Source: a phage | Sequence record: PX421306.1 | Length of the DNA stretch: 64,000 nucleotides | Reading direction: 5' to 3' (one strand) | Part shown: piece by piece, positions 56,547 through 64,000 of the stretch | Position numbering within the stretch: position 1 is the first letter of the stretch | How the letters are laid out: every line of letters starts with the position of its first letter | The notes under the pieces: generated by a model | What the model was told of the DNA's origin: nothing | What the model saw: only the letters and a program-made list of their open reading frames with translations | Database searches by the model: none | Made by a program: the position numbers and the translations under genes

Positions 56547-58529
56547 ATGGCAAATACCCCTGTAAATTATCAATTAACAAGAACAGCAAATGCTATTCCC
56601 GAGATATTCGTCGGGGGTACATTTGCTGAAATAAAACAAAACCTCATTGAATGGCTTAATGGTCAAAATGAATTTTTGGATTATGATTTTGAAGGCTCGA
56701 GATTAAACGTTCTATGCGACCTTTTGGCTTATAATACATTGTACATTCAGCAGTTTGGTAATGCTGCCTTGTATGAAAGCTTTATGCGTACTGCTAACTT
56801 ACGTAGTTCAGTAGTTCAAGCGGCACAAGATAATGGATATTTACCTACTTCAAAATCGGCTGCTCAAACTGAAATTATGCTAACTTGTACAGATGCATTG
56901 AATAGAAATTACATTACTATTCCTCGTGGTACTCGCTTTTTAGCATATGCAAAGGATACTTCTGTTAATCCTTATAACTTTGTATCTACCGAAGATGTTA
57001 TTGCTATTCGTGATAAAAATAACCAATATTTTCCGCGTTTAAAATTAGCCCAGGGACGTATAGTAAGAACTGAAATCATTTATGATAAATTAACACCTAT
57101 TATCATTTATGACAAAAATATAGATAGAAACCAAGTTAAACTATACGTTGATGGAGCAGAATGGATTAACTGGACAAGAAAGTCAATGGTTCATGCTGGT
57201 TCTACATCAACAATTTACTACATGCGTGAAACTATTGATGGAAATACTGAATTTTATTTTGGTGAAGGTGAGATTTCTGTTAACGCGGCAGAAGGAGCAT
57301 TGACCGCTAATTATATTGGAGGTCTTAAACCTACTCAGAACTCTACGATTGTTATTGAGTACATCAGTACTAACGGTGCAGATGCGAATGGCGCAGTCGG
57401 ATTTTCATACGCAGATACATTAACAAATATAACTGTCATCAATATTAATGAAAACCCAAACGATGACCCAGATTTTGTTGGGGCAGATGGCGGCGGCGAC
57501 CCAGAAGATATTGAACGTATTCGCGAATTGGGTACTATTAAACGTGAAACCCAGCAACGCTGCGTAACTGCGACTGACTATGATACATTCGTTTCAGAGA
57601 GATTTGGTTCTATTATTCAAGCAGTTCAGACTTTCACTGATTCTACTAAACCTGGTTATGCATTTATTGCTGCTAAACCTAAATCAGGTCTGTATTTAAC
57701 TACTGTACAACGCGAAGATATTAAAAATTATCTCAAAGACTATAATTTAGCTCCTATTACGCCATCAATTATTTCTCCTAATTATCTTTTTATTAAGACT
57801 AATTTAAAAGTCACATATGCTTTAAATAAGCTGCAAGAATCTGAGCAGTGGCTCGAAGGTCAAATAATTGATAAAATTGATCGTTATTATACCGAAGATG
57901 TAGAAATTTTTAACTCATCTTTCGCTAAATCTAAGATGTTGACATATGTAGATGATGCAGATCATTCTATCATTGGCTCATCCGCGACAATTCAAATAGT
58001 ACGTGAAGTACAAAACTTCTATAAAACGCCTGAAGCAGGTATTAAATACAATAATCAAATAAAAGATCGTTCTATGGAATCTAATACGTTTTCATTTAAT
58101 TCTGGACGAAAGGTTGTAAATCCTGATACTGGTTTAGAAGAAGATGTATTATATGACGTTCGTATAGTATCAACAGACCGAGATTCTAAAGGAACTGGTA
58201 AAGTTATTATTGGTCCATTTGCTTCTGGCGATGTTACAGAAAATGAAAACATTCAGCCATATACAGGCAACGATTTTAACAAATTAGCAAATTCTGATGG
58301 ACGCGACAAATACTATATTATCGGTGAAATAAATTATCCAGCTGATGTGATTTATTGGAATATCGCTAAAATTAATTTAACATCTGAAAAATTTGAAGTT
58401 CAGACTATTGAATTATATTCTGACCCAACAGATGATGTTATCTTTACTCGCGATGGTTCACTGATTGTATTTGAAAATGACTTACGTCCACAATACTTAA
58501 CTATCGATTTGGAGCCTATATCACAATGA
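56547..58529 (+). CDS. 6: baseplate wedge protein gp6
   Basis: 660 aa, T4 length and position. Confidence 0.92.
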   Translation: MANTPVNYQLTRTANAIPEIFVGGTFAEIKQNLIEWLNGQNEFLDYDFEGSRLNVLCDLLAYNTLYIQQFGNAALYESFMRTANLRSSVVQAAQDNGYLPTSKSAAQTEIMLTCTDALNRNYITIPRGTRFLAYAKDTSVNPYNFVSTEDVIAIRDKNNQYFPRLKLAQGRIVRTEIIYDKLTPIIIYDKNIDRNQVKLYVDGAEWINWTRKSMVHAGSTSTIYYMRETIDGNTEFYFGEGEISVNAAEGALTANYIGGLKPTQNSTIVIEYISTNGADANGAVGFSYADTLTNITVININENPNDDPDFVGADGGGDPEDIERIRELGTIKRETQQRCVTATDYDTFVSERFGSIIQAVQTFTDSTKPGYAFIAAKPKSGLYLTTVQREDIKNYLKDYNLAPITPSIISPNYLFIKTNLKVTYALNKLQESEQWLEGQIIDKIDRYYTEDVEIFNSSFAKSKMLTYVDDADHSIIGSSATIQIVREVQNFYKTPEAGIKYNNQIKDRSMESNTFSFNSGRKVVNPDTGLEEDVLYDVRIVSTDRDSKGTGKVIIGPFASGDVTENENIQPYTGNDFNKLANSDGRDKYYIIGEINYPADVIYWNIAKINLTSEKFEVQTIELYSDPTDDVIFTRDGSLIVFENDLRPQYLTIDLEPISQ

Positions 58530-61500
58530 CAGTAAAAGCACCTTCAGTCACTAGTCTCAGAATTTCCAAGTTATCCGCAAATCAGGTGCAAGTACGCTGG
58601 GATGACGTTGGTGCTAATTTCTACTATTTTGTAGAAATTGCTGAGACAAAAACAAACTCGGGGGAAAATCTCCCGAGTAATCAATACAGATGGATTAACT
58701 TAGGATATACTGCAAATAACAGCTTCTTTTTTGATGATGCTGACCCATTGACATCATATGTTATTAGAGTAGCTACAGCTGCGCAAGATTTTGAGCAGTC
58801 TGATTGGATTTATACCGAAGAGTTTGAAACTTTTGCTACAAATGCTTATACATTTCAAAACATGATTGAAATGCAATTAGCTAATAAATTCATTCAGGAA
58901 AAATTTACTCTTAATAATTCTGATTATGTCAATTTTAACAATGACACTATAATGGCTGCATTGATGAATGAATCGTTCCAATTCAGCCCGTCATATGTTG
59001 ATGTTTCATCAATAAGTAATTTTATTATTGGTGAAAATGAGTATCATGAAATACAAGGTTCTATTCAGCAAGTATGTAAGGATATTAACCGAGTTTATTT
59101 GATGGAATCAGAAGGGATTCTATACCTTTTTGAGCGTTATCAACCTGTAGTTAAAGTATCCAATGATAAAGGACAAACTTGGAAAGCTGTAAAGCTCTTC
59201 AATGACCGCGTAGGATATCCTTTATCTAAGACAGTATATTACCAATCTGCGAACACAACATACGTTCTAGGATACGACAAGATTTTCTATGGCCGCAAAT
59301 CGACTGATGTTAGATGGTCAGCTGACGATGTCAGATTTAGTTCACAGGATATAACATTCGCTAAACTCGGTGACCAATTACATCTAGGATTTGATGTAGA
59401 AATTTTTGCCACTTACGCAACTTTACCAGCTAATGTATACCGTATTGCAGAAGCTATTACTTGCACCGATGATTACATTTACGTTGTCGCCAGAGACAAA
59501 GTTAGATACATAAAAACGAGTAATGCACCTATAGATTCTGATCCATTATCTCCGACATATTCGGAAAGACTTTTTGAACCTGATACAATGACTATAACCG
59601 GAAATCCTAAAGCAGTATGCTATAAAATGGATTCTGTCGGTGATAAAGTTTTTGCTCTTATTATTGGTGAAGTTGAAACATTAAATGCTAATCCTAGAAC
59701 ATCAAAAATAATTGATTCTGCTGATAAAGGAATATATGTTTTAAATCACGACACAAAAACATGGAAAAGAGTTTTTGGCAACACTGAAGAAGAAAGAAGA
59801 CGTATTCAACCAGGGTATGCGAATATGTCAACTGATGGTAAATTAGTTTCTCTATCATCGAGTAATTTTAAATTTTTAAGTGATAATGTTGTTAATGACC
59901 CTGAAACTACAGCAAAATATCAGTTAATCGGTGCTGTTAAATATGAATTTCCTCGTGAATGGTTAGCTGATAAGCATTATCATATGATGGCATTTATAGC
60001 AGATGAAAAGTCTGATTGGGAAACTTTTACTCCTCAGCCGATGAAATACTATGCAGAACCATTCTTTAACTGGTCTAAAAAATCCAACACACGTTGTTGG
60101 ATAAACAACTCTGATAGGGTTGTAGTAGTTTATGCTGATTTAAAATACACCAAAGTTATAGAAAATATTCCGGAAACATCACCAGATAGATTAGTTCATG
60201 AATACTGGGACGATGGCGATTGCACTATAGTAATGCCAAATGTTAAATTCACTGGATTTAAAAAATATGCATCTGGGATGCTTTTCTATAAAGCCTCTGG
60301 TGAAATAATTTCTTACTATGATTTTAACTATCGTGTTAGAGACACCGTAGAAATTATTTGGAAACCAACTGAAGTATTTTTAAAAGCATTTTTACAAAAC
60401 CAAGAGCATGAAACTCCTTGGTCGCCTGAAGAAGAGCATGGATTAGCTGACCCTGATTTAAGACCATTGATTGGCACAATGATGCCTGATTCTTATTTGC
60501 TACAGGATTCAAATTTTGAGGCATTTTGCGAAGCATATATTCAGTATCTTTCTGATGGATATGGAACTCAGTATAACAATTTACGAAATTTAATTCGTAA
60601 CAAATATCCACGAGAAGAGCATGCATGGGAATATTTGTGGTCAGAGATATATAAAAGAAACATTTATTTGAATGCTGACAAACGCGATGCTGTTGCAAGA
60701 TTTTTCGAATCACGCAGCTATGATTTTTATTCCACTAAAGGAATTGAAGCATCATACAAATTTCTTTTTAAAGTTCTTTATAATGAAGAAGTTGAAATTG
60801 AAATTGAATCTGGGGCTGGTACTGAATATGATATAATCGTTCAATCTGATTCTTTGACTGAAGACTTAGTAGGACAAACAATTTATACAGCTACAGGAAG
60901 ATGTAATGTTACTTATATAGAAAGAAGCTATTCTAATGGTAAATTGCAATGGACTGTAACTATTCATAATCTTTTAGGAAGATTAATTGCCGGTCAAGAA
61001 GTTAAAGCAGAAAGACTCCCTAGTTTCGAAGGCGAAATTATTCGTGGTGTTAAAGGAAAGGATTTGCTTCAAAATAATATAGACTATATTAATAGAAGTC
61101 GATCATATTATGTAATGAAAATTAAATCCAATTTGCCTTCTTCCCGCTGGAAATCTGACGTTATTCGTTTTGTTCATCCAGTAGGATTCGGATTTATAGC
61201 AATTACTCTTTTAACAATGTTTATTAATGTTGGTTTAACTCTTAAACATACAGAGACTATAATTAATAAATACAAAAACTATAAATGGGATTCTGGATTG
61301 CCTACTGAATATGCTGATAGAATAGCTAAATTGACTCCAACCGGTGAAATTGAGCATGATTCGGTAACAGGCGAAGCAATTTATGAACCTGGCCCAATGG
61401 CTGGTGTAAAATATCCTCTTCCTGATGACTATAATGCTGAAAATAATAATTCAATATTTCAAGGTCAATTGCCATCTGAACGACGTAAATTAATGAGTCC

Positions 61501-61624
61501 TTTATTCGATGCATCTGGAACAACATTTGCACAATTTAGGGATTTAGTTAATAAACGTCTAAAAGATAATATAGGAAATCCAAGAGACCCTGAAAATCCA
61601 ACACAGGTTAAAATAGATGAATGA
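58526..61624 (+). CDS. 7: baseplate wedge protein gp7
   Basis: 1032 aa, T4 length and position. Confidence 0.92.
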   Translation: MTVKAPSVTSLRISKLSANQVQVRWDDVGANFYYFVEIAETKTNSGENLPSNQYRWINLGYTANNSFFFDDADPLTSYVIRVATAAQDFEQSDWIYTEEFETFATNAYTFQNMIEMQLANKFIQEKFTLNNSDYVNFNNDTIMAALMNESFQFSPSYVDVSSISNFIIGENEYHEIQGSIQQVCKDINRVYLMESEGILYLFERYQPVVKVSNDKGQTWKAVKLFNDRVGYPLSKTVYYQSANTTYVLGYDKIFYGRKSTDVRWSADDVRFSSQDITFAKLGDQLHLGFDVEIFATYATLPANVYRIAEAITCTDDYIYVVARDKVRYIKTSNAPIDSDPLSPTYSERLFEPDTMTITGNPKAVCYKMDSVGDKVFALIIGEVETLNANPRTSKIIDSADKGIYVLNHDTKTWKRVFGNTEEERRRIQPGYANMSTDGKLVSLSSSNFKFLSDNVVNDPETTAKYQLIGAVKYEFPREWLADKHYHMMAFIADEKSDWETFTPQPMKYYAEPFFNWSKKSNTRCWINNSDRVVVVYADLKYTKVIENIPETSPDRLVHEYWDDGDCTIVMPNVKFTGFKKYASGMLFYKASGEIISYYDFNYRVRDTVEIIWKPTEVFLKAFLQNQEHETPWSPEEEHGLADPDLRPLIGTMMPDSYLLQDSNFEAFCEAYIQYLSDGYGTQYNNLRNLIRNKYPREEHAWEYLWSEIYKRNIYLNADKRDAVARFFESRSYDFYSTKGIEASYKFLFKVLYNEEVEIEIESGAGTEYDIIVQSDSLTEDLVGQTIYTATGRCNVTYIERSYSNGKLQWTVTIHNLLGRLIAGQEVKAERLPSFEGEIIRGVKGKDLLQNNIDYINRSRSYYVMKIKSNLPSSRWKSDVIRFVHPVGFGFIAITLLTMFINVGLTLKHTETIINKYKNYKWDSGLPTEYADRIAKLTPTGEIEHDSVTGEAIYEPGPMAGVKYPLPDDYNAENNNSIFQGQLPSERRKLMSPLFDASGTTFAQFRDLVNKRLKDNIGNPRDPENPTQVKIDE

Positions 61625-62621
61625 TTCAAGTGTTATCTATCGTGCGATAGTTACTTCAAAATTTAGAACAGAAAAAATGTTGAATTTTTATAATTCAATT
61701 GGAAGTGGTCCGGATAAAAACACTATCTTTATCACATTTGGAAGATCAGAACCATGGTCATCAAATGAAAATGAGGTGGGATTTGCCCCACCTTATCCTA
61801 CCGATTCTGTATTAGGTGTAACTGACATGTGGACTCATATGATGGGAACCGTGAAGGTTCTTCCATCAATGCTTGATGCAGTTATTCCTCGCAGAGATTG
61901 GGGAGATACTAGATATCCTGATCCATACACATTTAGAATTAACGATATTGTAGTGTGTAACTCAGCTCCTTACAATGCTACTGAATCAGGCGCAGGCTGG
62001 TTAGTATATCGCTGTTTAGATGTTCCTGATACTGGAATGTGCTCAATTGAGTCTTTAACTAATAAGGATGAATGCCTTAAGTTAGGTGGAAAATGGACTC
62101 CTTCTGCTAGGTCAATGACTCCTCCTGAAGGTCGAGGAGATGCTGAAGGAACAATTGAACCCGGAGACGGGTATGTGTGGGAATATCTATTTGAGATTCC
62201 GCCTGATGTATCTATAAATAGATGTACGAATGAATATATCGTGGTTCCTTGGCCTGAGGAATTAAAAGAAGACCCGACTAGATGGGGATATGAAGATAAT
62301 CTCACTTGGCAACAAGACGATTTTGGATTAATTTATCGGGTTAAGGCAAATACTATCCGTTTTAAAGCATATTTAGATTCAGTTTATTTTCCTGAAGCTG
62401 CATTGCCAGGAAATAAAGGATTTAGACAAATATCAATAATCACGAATCCTCTTGAAGCTAAAGCTCATCCAAATGACCCAAACGTTAAAGCTGAAAAGGA
62501 TTATTATGATCCGGAAGATTTAATGAGGCATTCGGGCGAAATGATTTATATGGAAAATAGGCCACCTATTATCATGGCAATGGATCAAACAGAAGAAATC
62601 AATATTCTGTTTACATTTTAA
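61617..62621 (+). CDS. 8: baseplate wedge protein gp8
   Basis: 334 aa, T4 length and position. Confidence 0.92.
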   Translation: MNDSSVIYRAIVTSKFRTEKMLNFYNSIGSGPDKNTIFITFGRSEPWSSNENEVGFAPPYPTDSVLGVTDMWTHMMGTVKVLPSMLDAVIPRRDWGDTRYPDPYTFRINDIVVCNSAPYNATESGAGWLVYRCLDVPDTGMCSIESLTNKDECLKLGGKWTPSARSMTPPEGRGDAEGTIEPGDGYVWEYLFEIPPDVSINRCTNEYIVVPWPEELKEDPTRWGYEDNLTWQQDDFGLIYRVKANTIRFKAYLDSVYFPEAALPGNKGFRQISIITNPLEAKAHPNDPNVKAEKDYYDPEDLMRHSGEMIYMENRPPIIMAMDQTEEINILFTF

Positions 62622-62626
62622 ATTAA

Positions 62627-62649
62627 GGGAGCCCATGGGCTCCCTTTTT
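62627..62649 (+). terminator. intrinsic terminator after gene 8
   Basis: Palindrome GGGAGCCC-AU-GGGCUCCC followed by U5. Confidence 0.65.
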
Positions 62650-62652
62650 CTT

Positions 62653-62660
62653 TATAAATA
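62653..62660 (+). promoter_or_regulatory. late promoter TATAAATA upstream of gene 9
   Basis: Exact TATAAATA 24 nt upstream of the gene 9 ATG. Confidence 0.65.
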
Positions 62661-62684
62661 CTATAAACTCATAAGGAAACCGCT

Positions 62685-63551
62685 ATGTTCATTCAAGAAC
62701 CAAAGAAATTGATTGATACCGGCGAAATTGGTAACGCTTCTACTGGTGATATCTTATTCGACGGTGGTAATAAAATTAATAGTGATTTTAACGCAATTTA
62801 TAATGCGTTTGGCGATCAACGTAAAATGGCAGTAGCAAATGGAACTGGAGCAGATGGCCAAATTATCCATGCTACTGGATATTATCAAAAGCACTCTATT
62901 GCAGAGTACGCAACTCCAGTAAAAGTTGGCACTAGACATGATATTGATACCTCTACTGTAGGTGTTAAAGTTATCATTGAAAGAGGCGAACTTGGCGACT
63001 GCGTTGAATTTATTAACTCAAATGGATCAATATCAGTTACTAATCCTTTAACGATTCAAGCTATTGATTCAATTAAAGGTGTTTCGGGTAATTTAGTAGT
63101 AACTAGCCCATATAGTAAAGTAACTTTACGCTGTATTTCATCTGATAATTCTACATCGGTGTGGAATTATTCTATTGAAAGTATGTTTGGCCAAAAGGAA
63201 TCACCGGCCGAAGGTACATGGAATATTTCTACATCTGGGTCAGTTGACATTCCATTATTTCATCGTACTGAATATAACATGGCTAAATTGTTAGTTACAT
63301 GCCAATCGGTAGATGGAAGAAAAATTAAAACGGCAGAAATAAATATTCTTGTGGATACTGTTAATTCAGCGGTCATTTCTTCTGAATATGCTGTCATGCG
63401 AGTTGGGAATGAAACCGAAGAAGACGAAATCGCTAATATTGCATTTAGTATTAAAGAAAATTATGTAACGGCGACTATAAGTTCTTCAACTGTCGGTATG
63501 AGAGCAGCAGTTAAAGTTATCGCTACGCAGAAAATCGGGGTGGCTCAATAA
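62685..63551 (+). CDS. 9: baseplate protein gp9 (long tail fiber socket)
   Basis: 288 aa, T4 length and position. Confidence 0.92.
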   Translation: MFIQEPKKLIDTGEIGNASTGDILFDGGNKINSDFNAIYNAFGDQRKMAVANGTGADGQIIHATGYYQKHSIAEYATPVKVGTRHDIDTSTVGVKVIIERGELGDCVEFINSNGSISVTNPLTIQAIDSIKGVSGNLVVTSPYSKVTLRCISSDNSTSVWNYSIESMFGQKESPAEGTWNISTSGSVDIPLFHRTEYNMAKLLVTCQSVDGRKIKTAEINILVDTVNSAVISSEYAVMRVGNETEEDEIANIAFSIKENYVTATISSSTVGMRAAVKVIATQKIGVAQ

Positions 63552-64000
63552 TGAAACAAAATATTAATATCGGTAATGTTGTTGATGATGGTACCGGTGA
63601 CTACCTGCGTAAAGGTGGTATAAAAATAAATGAAAACTTTGATGAGCTTTATTACGAGCTTGGTGATGGAGATGTTCCATATTCAGCCGGTGCCTGGAAA
63701 ACTTATGATGCTTCATCTGGTCAAACACTAAAAGCCGAATGGGGAAAATCATACGCTATTAATACCTCTTCTGGAAGAGTAACTATAAATCTTCCAAAAG
63801 GAACTGTCAATGATTACAACAAGGTAATTAGAGCTAGAGACGTATTTGCTACATGGAACGTCAACCCAGTTACACTAGTAGCTGCTTCCGGCGATACGAT
63901 TAAAGGGTCTGCAGTACCAGTTGAAATTAATGTTCAATTCAGCGATTTGGAATTAGTGTATTGCGCCCCAGGACGTTGGGAATATGTCAAAAATAAACAA
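63551..64000 (+). CDS. 10: baseplate wedge / short-tail-fiber attachment protein gp10, N-terminal part (runs off window end)
   Basis: ATG overlapping the gene 9 stop (TAATG); open to the end of the window. Confidence 0.75.
   Translation, partial: MKQNINIGNVVDDGTGDYLRKGGIKINENFDELYYELGDGDVPYSAGAWKTYDASSGQTLKAEWGKSYAINTSSGRVTINLPKGTVNDYNKVIRARDVFATWNVNPVTLVAASGDTIKGSAVPVEINVQFSDLELVYCAPGRWEYVKNKQ

Noticed and set aside
56259-63752. Minus-strand ORFs inside the late-gene block (56259-56453, 56290-56472, 58055-58252, 60354-60713, 61326-61532, 61970-62305, 62754-62939, 63564-63752) and plus-strand 55114-55314 being antisense of gene 5
   Set aside because: Antisense to or embedded in the large baseplate genes 5.4, 6, 7, 8, 9 and 10

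Overview
This window is a contiguous segment of a T4-like (Tevenvirinae) myovirus genome, not T4 itself but a close relative. Gene order is fully T4-syntenic: uvsX (5' fragment) - glycosyltransferase - 42 - imm - 43 - regA - 62 - 44 - 45 - rpbA - 46 - 47 - a-gt - 55 - nrdH/G/D - 49 - nrdC - [hyperplastic block] - rI - tk - regB - GrcA-like - internal proteins - denV - e - nudE - [hyperplastic block] - 10 tRNAs - ipI - 57B/57A - 1 - 3 - 2 - 4, all on the minus strand (1-53366), followed by late baseplate genes 53 - 5 - 5.1 - 5.4 - 6 - 7 - 8 - 9 - 10 (partial) on the plus strand. Core proteins were recognised by recalled similarity to T4 (no database search was possible); the lysozyme differs from T4 at a few residues and nrdD is an uninterrupted 605-aa ORF. 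Regulatory signals are dense: at least 13 T4-type early promoters (GTTTAC, 18 nt, TGnTAyTAT) several with a shared leader cassette, late TATAAATA promoters, the gp43 translational operator, and many UUCG/GAAA tetraloop hairpins. I found no CRISPR array, no homing endonuclease gene and no intron. The material most likely to be undescribed lies in the accessory blocks: a GT-A-type glycosyltransferase at the beta-gt locus, a nucleotidyltransferase-fold protein with a membrane partner and neighbouring P-loop ATPase, a tandem array of coiled-coil-tailed proteins, extra capsid-targeted internal-protein-like genes, a macro-domain protein, and an expanded tRNA set. CDS coordinates follow the supplied ORF track (starts trimmed where a conserved N-terminus or RBS was evident); promoter, terminator and hairpin coordinates were indexed by hand and may be off by a few nt.
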